Positions 20,541-31,509 of a stretch of 64,000 nt of DNA are shown here, in pieces. The stretch lies in contig JBHGBJ010000004.1 of assembly GCA_041947025.1 (NCBI GenBank), positions 85,580 to 149,579 of the forward strand, given 5' to 3'. Source of the stretch: Thermodesulfobacteriota bacterium. GTDB lineage: Bacteria > Desulfobacterota > BSN033 > UBA1163. The notes beneath the pieces are model-generated. The model was not told the DNA's origin, searched no databases, and saw nothing but the letters and a program-made list of their open reading frames with translations. The position numbers were made by a program, and so were the translations under genes. Every line of letters begins with the position of its first letter. Position 1 is the stretch's first letter.

Positions 20541-21917
20541 GTGAAAAAGACGACACGCAAATTATTCGGGACAGACGGAATCAGAGGGGTTGCCAATGTC
20601 GAGCCGATGACGGGGGAGTTGGCCATGCAGCTCGGCAGGGCCATTGCCCATATTTTCAAGGAAGTTAGAGGGAAGCATCGGATTGTCGTAGGAAAGGATA
20701 CGCGCCTCTCGGGGTACATGCTGGAGACGGCCTTAGCTTCGGGCCTCTGTTCCATGGGGACCGATGTGATGCTGGTGGGCCCCCTTCCCACCCCTGGCAT
20801 CGCTTTCATCACCACCAGCATGAGGGCGAACGCCGGCGTGGTCATCTCGGCTTCTCACAATCCTTATTACGATAATGGGATCAAGATTTTTTCCCGGGAC
20901 GGCTTTAAGCTTCCGGACGAGATGGAACATCAGATCGAGGAGTTGATTTTTTCAGACCACCTCCGTTCCCTTCGACCCACGGCGAATGAAGTCGGAAAGG
21001 CCTACAGGATCGATGATGCCATCGGAAGGTATGTGGTCTTTCTCAAGAATACCTTCCCCAACGACCTGACACTGGATGGCCTTCGGATTGTCTTGGACTG
21101 CGCCAACGGCGCAAGCTACAAAGTCGCACCCATGGTCCTTGAAGAATTGGGAGCGGAAGTCATCCCCATCGGCGTGGAGCCCGATGGAGAGAATATCAAT
21201 GCCGGTTGCGGTTCGCTTCACCCCGAAGTGATCAGCCGCCTCGTCCTTGAAAAAGGAGCAGACATTGGCATCGCCCTGGATGGCGATGGAGATCGAATCA
21301 TCTTTGTGGACCGCCACGGAAAAGAGGTGGACGGGGATCACATCCTCGCGATCTGCGGCCTCCAAATGTTATCAGAGGGGCGGCTGAAGAAAAAGACAGC
21401 GGTCACCACGGTGATGAGCAATATCGGATTGGATCGAACCATGAAAAGATTTGGAGGGGAAGTGGTCCGGACCCAGGTGGGAGACCGCTATGTCGTCGAA
21501 GAGATGGTTCGGGGAAACTACAATCTGGGAGGAGAACAATCAGGCCATACCATCTTTCTGGATTACAACACGACGTGCGACGGCGTCCTCACAGCCCTCC
21601 AGGTTCTTGCCATCGTGAAGCAGAAGGATCGTCCCTTAGACGAGCTGGCCAAGGTGATGGAGTCCCTACCCCAGGTTCTCTATAACGTTGAAGTAAAGGA
21701 GAAGAAGGATCTCTCCCGGATTCCGGAGGTGGAGAAAAAGGTAAAGAAGATTGAAAAAACATTGGGCGAATCAGGAAGGATTTTAATGCGATACTCGGGG
21801 ACCGAACCTCTCCTTCGGATTATGGTTGAAGGCGAAGATGAAGCCAGGCTCCATCAGTTTGCCCAGGATCTCGTAGAATTGGTCAAAAAACACCTTGGGA
21901 AAACACACAGTGGGTGA
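20541..21917 (+). CDS. glmM: Phosphoglucosamine mutase
   Basis: 458 aa; [10 protein letters not shown]-terminus, active-site Ser loop [11 protein letters not shown]; GTG start. Confidence 0.9.
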   Translation: MKKTTRKLFGTDGIRGVANVEPMTGELAMQLGRAIAHIFKEVRGKHRIVVGKDTRLSGYMLETALASGLCSMGTDVMLVGPLPTPGIAFITTSMRANAGVVISASHNPYYDNGIKIFSRDGFKLPDEMEHQIEELIFSDHLRSLRPTANEVGKAYRIDDAIGRYVVFLKNTFPNDLTLDGLRIVLDCANGASYKVAPMVLEELGAEVIPIGVEPDGENINAGCGSLHPEVISRLVLEKGADIGIALDGDGDRIIFVDRHGKEVDGDHILAICGLQMLSEGRLKKKTAVTTVMSNIGLDRTMKRFGGEVVRTQVGDRYVVEEMVRGNYNLGGEQSGHTIFLDYNTTCDGVLTALQVLAIVKQKDRPLDELAKVMESLPQVLYNVEVKEKKDLSRIPEVEKKVKKIEKTLGESGRILMRYSGTEPLLRIMVEGEDEARLHQFAQDLVELVKKHLGKTHSG

Positions 21918-22048
21918 CACGGAGACACGGAGATACGGTGAAAAGATCGCACGCGGTGTATTTCTGATACAGAGACTCGGAGCAAGATTCTCACCGTGTC
22001 TCGCTATCTCCCTATCCCCGCGTCATTTTTTTAGGAGGGGGATTTGTA

Positions 22049-22759
22049 ATGAGACTGGGGGTTAATATCGACCATATCGCAACCGTGAGACAGGCCCGGG
22101 GTGTGGCTTATCCTGACCCTGTCACGGCTGCTGGGATCGTGGAGTTGGCCGGCGCAGATGGGATTGTATGCCATTTAAGAGAGGACCGGCGCCATATCCA
22201 GGATCGGGATCTACGGCTTCTCAGGGAAGTGATTCAAACCCGGCTCAATTTGGAAATGGCCGCCACCGAAGAAATGATCCGCATCGCCCTGGCCACCAAG
22301 CCCGATATCGTGACCCTTGTTCCGGAAAAGAGGGAAGAATTAACAACGGAGGGGGGTCTCGATGTCGTCAAGTCCTTTCAATCCCTGAAGAAGGGTATCC
22401 AGCGCCTCCAAAAGGGGGGCATCCCCGTCAGCCTCTTCGTCGATCCCACAAGGGACCAGATCAGGGCATCTGAAGGAGTGGGGGCCTATTCCGTCGAAAT
22501 CCACACCGGCCGCTACTGTGAGGCAAGGACTCTCGCTCAGGCAGATGAAGAGCTTAAGAAGATCCTGGATGCCATAGGAGAAGCCTCCAAACTCAATCTG
22601 CGAATCGCCGCAGGACATGGGCTCAATTATGTCAATGTCCGGCGAATCGCTGAAATTCGGGAAATCGAAGAACTAAACATCGGCCACAGCATCATCGCAA
22701 GGGCGGTCTTCGTGGGACTGGATCGAGCGGTCCGGGAGATGATTGAGCTGATCAAATAA
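22049..22759 (+). CDS. pdxJ: Pyridoxine 5'-phosphate synthase
   Basis: 236 aa; [18 protein letters not shown]... TIM-barrel PdxJ signature. Confidence 0.9.
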   Translation: MRLGVNIDHIATVRQARGVAYPDPVTAAGIVELAGADGIVCHLREDRRHIQDRDLRLLREVIQTRLNLEMAATEEMIRIALATKPDIVTLVPEKREELTTEGGLDVVKSFQSLKKGIQRLQKGGIPVSLFVDPTRDQIRASEGVGAYSVEIHTGRYCEARTLAQADEELKKILDAIGEASKLNLRIAAGHGLNYVNVRRIAEIREIEELNIGHSIIARAVFVGLDRAVREMIELIK

Positions 22760-22774
22760 GATGCGGATTGTAGA

Positions 22775-22866
22775 GTGCGCCTGCCTGCCGCCTGCCTCCG
22801 GCAGGGGCTGGGAATGCGGAGCATAAATCCCTTATTCCGAATTCCGCACTCCGAATTCCGAATTCG
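22775..22866. repeat. Intergenic repeat block: GCCTGCCTGCCGCCTGCCTccGGCAGGGGCTGGG palindrome plus CCGAATTCCGCACTCCGAATTCCGAATTCG direct repeats
   Basis: Read directly; shares cores with the blocks at 6718, 25606, 27645 and 41075. Confidence 0.55.
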
Positions 22867-22868
22867 AT

Positions 22869-23267
22869 ATGATCATCGGCACAGGCATCGACATCGTGAA
22901 CGTCGAACGGATCCGGGGCGTAATGGCCCGTTGGGGGGATCTTTTTCTCGCCAGGGTCTTCACGTTAAGGGAAATCGTCTTGTGCCAACAAAGAACCCGC
23001 CCTTCCGAATGTTTTGCAGTCCGGTTCGCAGCCAAAGAGGCGCTTCTTAAGGCTCTTGGAAGAGGTCTTCGCAACGGCATCCAATGGACTGATATCGAAG
23101 TCGAGAGCGACCCCCTTGGGAAGCCTCTCTTCTCCCTTTATCGAAGGGCGAAAGAGGTTGTCGAAGCCCAAGGAGTCCAAAAGACTCTTCTCACTCTCTC
23201 CCACGAGCGATCTTACGCCGTGGCACACGTGATCTTAGTGGGCGGACTCCGTAGGGGCGATTCATGA
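22869..23267 (+). CDS. acpS: Holo-[acyl-carrier-protein] synthase
   Basis: 132 aa; MIIGTGIDIVNVERI N-terminus typical of AcpS; the 3' end overlaps a perfect palindrome GTAGGGGCGATTCATGAATCGCCCCTAC. Confidence 0.85.
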   Translation: MIIGTGIDIVNVERIRGVMARWGDLFLARVFTLREIVLCQQRTRPSECFAVRFAAKEALLKALGRGLRNGIQWTDIEVESDPLGKPLFSLYRRAKEVVEAQGVQKTLLTLSHERSYAVAHVILVGGLRRGDS

Positions 23268-23299
23268 ATCGCCCCTACTCCGAACTCAGAACTTAGAAA

Positions 23300-24865
23300 A
23301 TGGGGGGAATGGTGATGAAGGTAGCGACGGCCGAGCAGATGCAGGAATTGGATCGAAAGAGCATCGAGTTGTTCCGGATTCCCGGGATCGTCCTGATGGA
23401 AAACGCAGGGAGGGGGGCGGCAGAGGCCATCGCCAGCACCTTTCCCGACATTCGGACAAAGAAGATCGCCATTATCGCCGGAAAGGGAAACAACGGAGGA
23501 GATGGCTTCGTCATTGCCCGGCACTTTCTGAATCAGGGAATCCCGGTGAAGGTCTTCCTGCTGACCGATCCCAAGTCTTTGCGAGGGGATGCGGAGAGCA
23601 ATTTCAACATCTTCCACCGCATGAAGGGGGAGGTCATCCCTGTCCCCTCCACTAAGGATTATCAAAAGATCAAGAAGAGTCTGGAATCCTTCGATCTTCT
23701 GATCGATGGCATATTCGGGACAGGGCTCGATGCCGAGGTCAGGGGGTATTATCGGGAAGTGATTGACCATCTGAACACCCTGCAAAAACCCATCGTCGCC
23801 ATTGACATTCCATCCGGATTAGATGCCAATACGGGCAAACCCCTGGGCGCAGCGGTTCGGGCGACCCTGACCATCACCTTTGGCCTGCCCAAAGTCGGGC
23901 ACCTCATCGCTCCCGGATCCGATTATACGGGGACGTTGAAAGTGATCGATATCGGTATTCCAAAGAGACTGGTGGAGGAAGAAAAGATTCAGACCCACCT
24001 TCTGGAATATGATGAGATTCGAAAGGGGCTGTCCATTCCCCGACAATCCGATACCCATAAGGGAGACTACGGTCACCTGTTGGTCATCGCCGGATCGGTG
24101 GGAAAGACCGGCGCAGCCGCCATGGCTTGCGAGGCCGCTCTCAGGATGGGAGCGGGCTTAGTCACCTTGGCCATTCCCAAGAGCCTCAACCCGATCATGG
24201 AGGTGAAATTGACAGAGGTCATGACAGAGCCCCTTCCGGAGACCCCAAAACAGACATTGAGCCTCCGGGCTTTCAAATCGATTCTTCGCCTCTGTGAAAA
24301 TAAGAAGGCCGTGGTTATCGGCCCCGGCATCGGAACCTACAAGGAGACCCAATCCCTTGTCCTCAAGCTGATCAAGGCATTGGAGGTCCCTATCATCCTG
24401 GATGCGGATGGTCTGACCTCGCTGGGAGCCCAACCCAAAAACCATCTCATCAAGAGACAGCCCCTCATTCTCACCCCCCATCCGGGAGAGATGGCAAGGC
24501 TGATCGCATCCACTCCCAAAGATGTCCAGGAGGATCGAATCGCTGCCAGTAGAAATTTCGCCCAAACCCACCATGTCTATCTTGCTCTCAAAGGACATCG
24601 GACCCTGATCGCTACCCCCAGAGGTGAGATCTTCATCAATCCCACCGGAAATCCTGGATTGGCTTCAGGGGGAACCGGCGACGTACTCACCGGAATGATC
24701 GGGGGGTTGATCTCTCAGGGATTTGATATTCTCTCTTCCCTTCAGATATCGGTCTACCTTCATGGATTGGCCGGAGATACTTTGGCCCAAGAATTGGGAC
24801 AGAAATCTCTGGTGGCGACGGACCTCATTCAAAAGATCCCTTCCCTTCTCCGGGGAAGGATTTGA
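23300..24865 (+). CDS. nnr: Bifunctional NAD(P)H-hydrate repair enzyme (NnrE epimerase plus NnrD dehydratase; YjeF family)
   Basis: 521 aa; YjeF N-terminal domain (GKGNNGGDG) and C-terminal carbohydrate-kinase-like domain (GSVGKTGAA...GGTGDVL). Confidence 0.85.
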   Translation: MGGMVMKVATAEQMQELDRKSIELFRIPGIVLMENAGRGAAEAIASTFPDIRTKKIAIIAGKGNNGGDGFVIARHFLNQGIPVKVFLLTDPKSLRGDAESNFNIFHRMKGEVIPVPSTKDYQKIKKSLESFDLLIDGIFGTGLDAEVRGYYREVIDHLNTLQKPIVAIDIPSGLDANTGKPLGAAVRATLTITFGLPKVGHLIAPGSDYTGTLKVIDIGIPKRLVEEEKIQTHLLEYDEIRKGLSIPRQSDTHKGDYGHLLVIAGSVGKTGAAAMACEAALRMGAGLVTLAIPKSLNPIMEVKLTEVMTEPLPETPKQTLSLRAFKSILRLCENKKAVVIGPGIGTYKETQSLVLKLIKALEVPIILDADGLTSLGAQPKNHLIKRQPLILTPHPGEMARLIASTPKDVQEDRIAASRNFAQTHHVYLALKGHRTLIATPRGEIFINPTGNPGLASGGTGDVLTGMIGGLISQGFDILSSLQISVYLHGLAGDTLAQELGQKSLVATDLIQKIPSLLRGRI

Positions 24866-25071
24866 TGTTTTGACAGTACGATATTCCGTCTCTCATTAAA
24901 GAACAGGGCGAAAACACTGCTCCGTACCAACTCCGGCCTCCGGCCCGAAGAGTTGATTTTCGGTCGCTCTTCTTTTAAGATATGAAACACATACCCCCTG
25001 CAATCCCCATCTCAATATCTTGTGGATATTTGCATGGAGTTTTTCTCGAAGGGAAAAAAAGGAGAGGGCCA

Positions 25072-25545
25072 ATGTACGTTGAGATGAAAGTGAAGTTTCT
25101 GACCTTCGATTCCACGTCAAACGGGTTCGTCGTGCTCTTGATGGACCTGGCCAATAAGACAGGCCTTCCCATCTGGATCGGTCCCTTTGAAGCAAATGCC
25201 ATTGCCATGAAGCTCAAAAAGATGGGCTCCCAGCGGCCGATGACCCACGATCTGATTCACTCCATTCTCAGAACCCTTGAGTCCCAGGTGATGAAAATCG
25301 TCGTCAATGACCTGAAGGAGAATACGTACTATGCCCTGATCCATCTCAATCGCGCAGGGAAGGAGATCATCATCGATTCCCGCCCCAGCGACGCCATCGC
25401 CATTGCCCTTGCGGTCAATGCTCCGATCTTTGTCTCTGAGCACGTCATTGAAAAAGCACGAACCATCGATTTGGAAAAGGATGGGGACCAATTGAAGGAA
25501 TGGCTTGAAAAGCTCAATCCCGATGATTTTAAGTATAAAGCGTAG
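25072..25545 (+). CDS. Bifunctional-nuclease-domain (DUF151) protein
   Basis: Likely start MYVEMKV; conserved LPIWIG...ANAI and RPSDAIAIAL motifs of the BFN family. Confidence 0.65.
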   Translation: MYVEMKVKFLTFDSTSNGFVVLLMDLANKTGLPIWIGPFEANAIAMKLKKMGSQRPMTHDLIHSILRTLESQVMKIVVNDLKENTYYALIHLNRAGKEIIIDSRPSDAIAIALAVNAPIFVSEHVIEKARTIDLEKDGDQLKEWLEKLNPDDFKYKA

Positions 25546-25559
25546 TCATCTCCACGGGA

Positions 25560-25745
25560 TGACAAGTGCCAAATTACAAGCGCCAAATAACAAATAAATT
25601 CCCCTGTCTGCCCCCGCCGGCGGCAGGGGCAGGCAGGAATCACCAAGAATTGGAAATTCCAACCAAAATTGTTTCGGTGATTCGGATCTGGAAATTGTGA
25701 TTTATTTGGGATTTGGAATTTGTGATTTGAGATTTGAAGGCGTCC
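25560..25745. repeat. Intergenic repeat block: CCCCTGTCTGCCCCCGCCGGCGGCAGGGGCAGGCAGG palindrome, GAATCACC...GGTGATTC inverted repeat, and GGAAATT/GATTTGG heptamer-like repeats
   Basis: Read directly. Confidence 0.55.
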
Positions 25746-25749
25746 AAAG

Positions 25750-26226
25750 GTGCTCCTTCATTCCAAGAGTGCATCCGAAACGATTCGCATCGGGAAATAC
25801 ATTGGGGGCCTGCTCTTGCCCGGAGATGTTGTGGCCTTATCCGGCGAATTGGGAACAGGGAAGACCCAATTCATCAAAGGCCTGGCTGCGGGGTTGGGGA
25901 TCAGGAAGTCTGCAAAGATCATGAGCCCCTCGTTTACGCTGATCCATGAGTACGTCGGAAAGGTGCGGTTTTATCATATCGATCTTTACCGGCTCGAGTC
26001 TGAAAAAGAGGCCGAAGAATTGGGATTGGAGGAATATTTCCAGGCCGGAGGAATCACGGCGATCGAATGGGCGGATCGAATACCTTCCTTGCTTCCCCAA
26101 GAGGTTTTCTGGATATCCATTCGTTACACTGGAGAGCACACCCGATCCTTTGAAATGATCGGCAAAGGGAAACGATATGTAGAGCTTCTAAAAAATGCGG
26201 AGTTCGGAGTGCGGAGCATCTTATAG
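25750..26226 (+). CDS. tsaE: tRNA threonylcarbamoyladenosine biosynthesis ATPase TsaE (YjeE)
   Basis: 158 aa; P-loop [13 protein letters not shown]; non-ATG start likely. Confidence 0.8.
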   Translation: MLLHSKSASETIRIGKYIGGLLLPGDVVALSGELGTGKTQFIKGLAAGLGIRKSAKIMSPSFTLIHEYVGKVRFYHIDLYRLESEKEAEELGLEEYFQAGGITAIEWADRIPSLLPQEVFWISIRYTGEHTRSFEMIGKGKRYVELLKNAEFGVRSIL

Positions 26227-26315
26227 CTGAAAGCTCAAAGTTCAAAGCTCAAAGGTTTTTCACTTTCAACTTTGGGCTTAAGAAACTCCGATCTATCCCG
26301 CAGGGAGGTTTCAGC

Positions 26316-27554
26316 ATGGCCTTGGTGGTTCAAAAGTATGGTGGCACTTCCGTAGGAGATACCGACCGAATAAAGAATGTGGCTTCAAGGGTCATGTCGA
26401 CCAAGAATCAAGGGAATCAGGTGGTGGTTGTCGTTTCAGCCATGGCAGGAGAAACGGATAAATTGATTCGCTTGGCCCAGCAGGTTACGCCCAATCCCGA
26501 TGAGAGAGAATTGGATGTGATGGTCTCAACAGGAGAACAGGTCTCCATCGCTTTGCTCGCCATCGCCCTCAAATCGATGGGTTGCGATGCAAGATCTTAT
26601 CTCGGGTTTCAAATCAAGATTGCAACGGACAGCGCTTTCGGCAAGGCCCGTATTACAGGCATCGAGTCAGAGAAGATCCTTGACGACTTGAAAAAAGGAC
26701 GGGTGGTGGTCGTGGCGGGATTTCAGGGGATCGATGAGCTGGATAATATCACCACTCTGGGCCGTGGAGGATCGGACACTACGGGCGTCGCCGTCGCTGC
26801 CGCTCTGAAAGCGGATGTCTGTGAAATCTATACCGATGTCGATGGGGTGTATACCACCGATCCCAACGTCTATCCGAAAGCGAGAAAGTTATCCAAAATC
26901 TCTTACGATGAGATGCTCGAAATGGCCAGCCTGGGAGCCAAGGTATTGCAGATCCGTTCTGTGGAGTTTGCAAAAAAATATGATGTTCCCATCCATGTCA
27001 GATCATCATTCAACGACAATCCTGGGACAATCGTTTGCAAGGAGGACGAAGAGATGGAAAGGGTCATCGTTTCCGGTGTCACTTACAACAAGAATGAAGC
27101 AAAGATTGAGGTCTTCCGTCTTCCCGATGTTCCCGGGATAGCGGCCAAACTATTCAAGCCCATTGCGGATGCCAATATCGTTGTGGACATGATCATCCAG
27201 ACTTCCAGCACAGAGAAAGGTTGCGCCGATGTAGCATTCACCGTTCCCAAATCGGATTTTTCCAAGACCCTTCAGATGGTGAAGGGTACCCTTAAAGAGT
27301 TTGGGGAGAAAGAAATCAACTCCAATGAAGATATCGCCAAGGTATCGATTGTGGGAGTGGGGATGAGGAGCCATTCCAATGTCGCCGCGCAGATGTTTTC
27401 CGCCTTGGCAAAGGAAGGGATCAATATCCAAATGATCTCCACTTCAGAGATCAAGATCTCTTGTATCATCGATGCCAAGTATACAGAACTGGCGGTCCGT
27501 GCTCTCCATGATGCCTTTCAACTGGATAAACCGGAAGTGAAAGAAGAGAAATAG
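26316..27554 (+). CDS. lysC: Aspartate kinase with two C-terminal ACT domains
   Basis: 412 aa; [14 protein letters not shown]-terminus, amino-acid-kinase fold, two ACT repeats. Confidence 0.9.
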   Translation: MALVVQKYGGTSVGDTDRIKNVASRVMSTKNQGNQVVVVVSAMAGETDKLIRLAQQVTPNPDERELDVMVSTGEQVSIALLAIALKSMGCDARSYLGFQIKIATDSAFGKARITGIESEKILDDLKKGRVVVVAGFQGIDELDNITTLGRGGSDTTGVAVAAALKADVCEIYTDVDGVYTTDPNVYPKARKLSKISYDEMLEMASLGAKVLQIRSVEFAKKYDVPIHVRSSFNDNPGTIVCKEDEEMERVIVSGVTYNKNEAKIEVFRLPDVPGIAAKLFKPIADANIVVDMIIQTSSTEKGCADVAFTVPKSDFSKTLQMVKGTLKEFGEKEINSNEDIAKVSIVGVGMRSHSNVAAQMFSALAKEGINIQMISTSEIKISCIIDAKYTELAVRALHDAFQLDKPEVKEEK

Positions 27555-27599
27555 AACGATCATTGCAAAATGCGAAAGGAACAATATCCCGTTAGCAAT

Positions 27600-27745
27600 G
27601 AATCAGGAGAAACATTGATTTACAAGAGGTAGTGTCATTCCCGCGAAACCCTTGCCTGCTGCCTGCCTGTCGGCAGGGGCAGGAGAATCCAGAAAAACAC
27701 TGGATTCCTCGTCAAGCCAGGAATGACAAACACAGTGATCATACG
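27600..27745. repeat. Intergenic repeat block: outer inverted repeat GTCATTCC...GGAATGAC enclosing CCCTTGCCTGCTGCCTGCCTGTCGGCAGGGGCAGGAG palindrome
   Basis: Read directly. Confidence 0.55.
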
Positions 27746-27779
27746 ATGACGGACTGATTAGCAAATAAGAGGGCTATCT

Positions 27780-29357
27780 TTGAGTAAGTTACCCGTTAGA
27801 CTTTACGATACCACTCTCCGCGACGGTTCTCAGGCTGAAGATATCGCCTTCTCCGTGGAAGACAAGATTCGAATCGCTCAAAAGTTAGATGAGCTGGGCA
27901 TCCATTATATCGAGGGCGGGTGGCCGGGCTCCAACCCGAAAGATCTCCAGTTCTTTCAGGACATCCAGAAGATCAAATTCTCCCATGCGAAGATCGTGGC
28001 TTTCGGAAGCACGAGCCGGGTGGGAACCCTGCCTGAAGATGATGTCAATATCCGGGCCCTGATCGAGGCTGGCACAAAGGGAGTAACCATCGTCGGGAAA
28101 TCCTGGGATATTCACCCCCTGGAGGCGTTGAAGATCACCCTGGACCAGAATCTTCAGATGATCCATGACTCCATTCTCTTTCTCAAGAATCGGGTTGAAG
28201 AAGTGATTTTCGATGCAGAACATTTCTTTGACGGATTCAAGAACAATCCCCGTTATGCCCTTTCCACACTGAAAGCTGCCCAGGAAGCCAAGGCGGATTG
28301 GATCGTCTTGTGCGATACCAATGGGGGAACATTTCCCGACGAGATCCAATCGATCATCGAGAAGGTAAAAAAGAAGATAAGGGTCCCTCTCGGTATCCAT
28401 GTCCATAACGATACGGAGATGGCTGTAGCCAATTCGATCCTGGCAGTCAGACAGGGCGCCACCATGGTTCATGGAACGATGAACGGGTATGGGGAACGCT
28501 GCGGGAATGCCAACCTCTGCTCGATCATTCCCAATCTCAAATTGAAGATGGGGATTGACTGCATTTCGGATGCCCAATTGAAGAAGATCACCGAGGTCTC
28601 CCGCTTCGTCTCAGAGCTGGCCAACCTTCCCCATCACCGGTATCTTCCCTATGTCGGGGAGAGCGCCTTCGCCCACAAGGGAGGGTTGCATGTCAGTGCG
28701 ATCCGGAAGAGTGACGCCACTTATGAACATGTATCACCGGAGAGAGTTGGAAATCGTCAAAGGGTCCTCATCTCCGATCTCTCAGGAGCATCGAATATTC
28801 TTTACAAGGCTGCAGAGTTCAAGATCAATTTGAAGAGTAAAGATCCCAAAGTGAAGAAGATCCTCGACGACCTGAAGCGCCTCGAGAACGAAGGCTTCCA
28901 ATTTGAAGGAGCAGAAGGTTCTTTTGAAATCCTGATCAAGAAGGCCCTCGGACAACATAAGAAATTTTTCGAGCTGATGGGATTTCGCGTGATGGTAGAA
29001 AAGAAGGAGGAGGAAGGACTCCCTCTCTCCGAAGCAACCATCATGGTCCGAGTGGGCGACCAGGTGGAGCATACGGCGGCGGTCGGAAACGGTCCTGTCA
29101 ACGCCCTGGACAATGCGATCCGCAAGGCTCTGGAGAAGTTTTATCCAGAGCTGAAAGAGGTCAAGCTCCTCGATTACAAAGTCAGAATTCTCTCCACCAA
29201 AAACGGAACCGCTGCCCAGACCAGGGTCTTGATTGAATCAGGGGATGGGACTTCAAAGTGGGGGACCGTTGGCGTCTCCGAAAATATCATTCAGGCCAGC
29301 TGGCAGGCCCTCGTCGACTCCATCGATTATAAACTCCTCAAAGAAAAAAACGGATAG
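27780..29357 (+). CDS. Citramalate synthase / 2-isopropylmalate synthase family enzyme (likely CimA-type, with C-terminal LeuA-dimerisation-like domain)
   Basis: 525 aa; [15 protein letters not shown]-like motif, HxH metal motif (GIHVHND); TTG start. Placement downstream of aspartate kinase fits a role in Ile/Leu biosynthesis. Confidence 0.8.
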   Translation: MSKLPVRLYDTTLRDGSQAEDIAFSVEDKIRIAQKLDELGIHYIEGGWPGSNPKDLQFFQDIQKIKFSHAKIVAFGSTSRVGTLPEDDVNIRALIEAGTKGVTIVGKSWDIHPLEALKITLDQNLQMIHDSILFLKNRVEEVIFDAEHFFDGFKNNPRYALSTLKAAQEAKADWIVLCDTNGGTFPDEIQSIIEKVKKKIRVPLGIHVHNDTEMAVANSILAVRQGATMVHGTMNGYGERCGNANLCSIIPNLKLKMGIDCISDAQLKKITEVSRFVSELANLPHHRYLPYVGESAFAHKGGLHVSAIRKSDATYEHVSPERVGNRQRVLISDLSGASNILYKAAEFKINLKSKDPKVKKILDDLKRLENEGFQFEGAEGSFEILIKKALGQHKKFFELMGFRVMVEKKEEEGLPLSEATIMVRVGDQVEHTAAVGNGPVNALDNAIRKALEKFYPELKEVKLLDYKVRILSTKNGTAAQTRVLIESGDGTSKWGTVGVSENIIQASWQALVDSIDYKLLKEKNG

Positions 29358-29470
29358 AAGCAATGTCAAATGCCTTACCCCCCATCGTCCCTTTCACTTA
29401 AGGGGGGGGATAGAGGGGGGTTACAGCAGCAGGGGATGCCACCCCACACGAAAGCGGGAAGCACCACACT

Positions 29471-30145
29471 TTGGCATTTATGAGATATCTTTCTCTTGGC
29501 CAGCAGAGGATCCTTTTCGCATTAGCTTTTCTCCTCCTCATTGCCCTTTATTTTCAATTCTACCATCGGTCCTCTACATCCATTCCGAAAAAGAATGTCA
29601 GAGAATTTGTCGTTGAGGTCGAAGGAGAGGTTCGCCGGCCCGGAATCTATATTTTTGAAACACCTCCGACCTTAAAGCAAGCAATCGAGAAAGCAGGAGA
29701 CCTGAAGGAACCCGCAGAATTTGACCAGGGAGCATCATCAGAAATCTTAGGAACTGGAACTTTGCTCACCGTCACGAAAGAACCGTCAATAATCTCTCCA
29801 TCCTCCCCTCACCCCTCTCCTCTCCCTCCAGGGGAGAGGGCACAGGGTGAGGGGCCTCTGTTAAGGGGGAACGATGGGGGGATGAAACGGGATCAAATAA
29901 GAATAAAGATCCGTAGGATGGCTGCCAGCAAATTGCTTGTCTTCTCCATTCCCCTCGACCTCAATCAAGCCACGGCGGAGGATCTCCGCCTGATCCCTGG
30001 AATCGGAGAGTCCTCAGCTCAAGAGATTGTGGATCATCGGGAAAGAAGAAAGGGATTCCGATCTGTGGAAGAGCTGAAAAACATCAAAGGAATCGGCGAG
30101 AAAACATTCCAGTCCATCAAGCCCTATCTTGCGGTCAGCCCCTAA
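29471..30145 (+). CDS. comEA: ComEA-family DNA-binding competence protein (TM anchor, SLBB domain, tandem helix-hairpin-helix); the linker contains a GC-rich nested palindrome
   Basis: C-terminal LDLNQATAEDLRLIPGIGESSAQEIVDHRE...IKGIGEKTFQSIKPYL HhH pair; linker PSSPHPSPLPPGERAQGEGP is encoded by the palindrome CCCCTCACCC...GGGTGAGGGG at 29799-29855. Confidence 0.75.
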   Translation: MAFMRYLSLGQQRILFALAFLLLIALYFQFYHRSSTSIPKKNVREFVVEVEGEVRRPGIYIFETPPTLKQAIEKAGDLKEPAEFDQGASSEILGTGTLLTVTKEPSIISPSSPHPSPLPPGERAQGEGPLLRGNDGGMKRDQIRIKIRRMAASKLLVFSIPLDLNQATAEDLRLIPGIGESSAQEIVDHRERRKGFRSVEELKNIKGIGEKTFQSIKPYLAVSP

Positions 30146-30309
30146 TCTTCATCATTGATTATTGTTGATTGAATTTTGGGTTCCAATCGTCAATCATAAG
30201 AAACCACATCTTTCGACGGTGACCAGCCAGCCGTGAATGATTGTCTCCCCACTCAGCCTCCCCTTAGATTAAGGGGAGGTGTGGAGGGGTTACTCTAAAT
30301 GGGAATGCT

Positions 30310-30828
30310 TCACACTCCGTCCCAGTCGATAGCCGTTTTTTCTGACGGCAACGGTATGATGTAAACGGGTTTTCGAGTTCGATGCAATACGGCACTGGAG
30401 ACACTTCCCAGAAAGGTATGTTTTAAGAATCCCTTCCCATGGGTTCCAAGGACGATCATATCGCATCCTTCATCGTCTGCAGCCTTCAAGATCTCTTCAA
30501 CGGGGTGGCCAATCGGAACAAGGGTTTTTGAAACAAGGGTAAGACATGGTGGTCCAAATTGCGTTTCCACCTTTTGGCAAAATTTCTGCAAGTGTTTCTT
30601 AATCTCCTCAATGTCCTTCTCCCGCTCTTCCTCCTTGTTCTTTTCCAAGATTTCATAAACTCGGTAACCCCCTTCGGGAACCATATAGGGGCGAACGGGT
30701 TCAATCGTATGCAAGATGATAATCCTTGCATCATGTCTCTTGGCCATATCCATAGCGTACAAGAAGGCATAAGAAGAATTCTTGCTGAGATCAGTGGCGT
30801 AAAGGATATTTCTGATTTGCGGGATCAT
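30310..30828 (-). CDS. Universal stress protein (UspA family)
   Basis: 172 aa; ILYATDLS...IIILHTIEP...MIVLGTHGKG Usp ATP-binding pattern. Confidence 0.8.
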   Translation of the reverse strand: MIPQIRNILYATDLSKNSSYAFLYAMDMAKRHDARIIILHTIEPVRPYMVPEGGYRVYEILEKNKEEEREKDIEEIKKHLQKFCQKVETQFGPPCLTLVSKTLVPIGHPVEEILKAADDEGCDMIVLGTHGKGFLKHTFLGSVSSAVLHRTRKPVYIIPLPSEKTAIDWDGV

Positions 30829-30927
30829 ATCTCTCCTCCTTTTCTTAAATTTTAAAGCAAACGATCTATAAACAAATCAGTTAAAAACTGTATTTTACAG
30901 AAAGAAAGACCGTATTTTTGGCTGACC

Positions 30928-30970
30928 GGAACGTGCCCCGCGAGCCCCGCCTTGTAGGCGGGGTAAAGGG
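30928..30970. other. Nested GC-rich palindrome GTGCCCCGCGAGCCCCGCCttgtaGGCGGGGTAAAGGGGCAC in the divergent intergenic region between the usp and PRC-barrel genes
   Basis: Read directly. Confidence 0.4.
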
Positions 30971-31056
30971 GCACAATAGGAACGATGATACCTTTCCGGG
31001 GAGCTTCACTTGAAACAGGCCGTATGAGTAATTACCTTTTTAGTAAGAAAGGAGTG

Positions 31057-31509
31057 ATGGAAATGAGCAAATCATTAAGTCTTTTCGCTGTGTTATCCAT
31101 TCTTGTGCTGGGGCTGATGGTTGCCCCTCTATACGCTTCCGAACCGGCTTCGAGGGGTTGGAACAGAGCCTACCAGACGAGCGAGATTATCGGATCATGG
31201 GTTATGAATCACGAGGGAAGATATCTGGGAAAAGTTCAGGATCTTGTGGTGGACGCGGAGGGTCGCATCATCTTCGCGATCGTTGGATACTGGCCATGGG
31301 ATTGGAGAATCATCAACGATAATTCAGTGGCCGTCCCCTTCAATGATTTGACTTATGATCGCAGTGGAAAAACTCCGGTGGCCATCGCTGACATAACCTG
31401 GGAGAAATTCCAGTCCGCTCCCAAGTTTGCAAAATCCGAATTGACAGATCGCCAGCGGGCAGAAGAGGTTTATCGATACTTCGGGCAGCAACCCTATTGG
31501 ACTCGCTAA
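31057..31509 (+). CDS. Secreted PRC-barrel-domain protein
   Basis: Signal peptide MSKSLSLFAVLSILVLGLMVAPLYA; PRC-barrel-like core (VMNHEGRYLGKVQDLVVDAEGRIIFAIV); RBS AGGAG upstream of the 31057 ATG. Confidence 0.5.
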   Translation: MEMSKSLSLFAVLSILVLGLMVAPLYASEPASRGWNRAYQTSEIIGSWVMNHEGRYLGKVQDLVVDAEGRIIFAIVGYWPWDWRIINDNSVAVPFNDLTYDRSGKTPVAIADITWEKFQSAPKFAKSELTDRQRAEEVYRYFGQQPYWTR

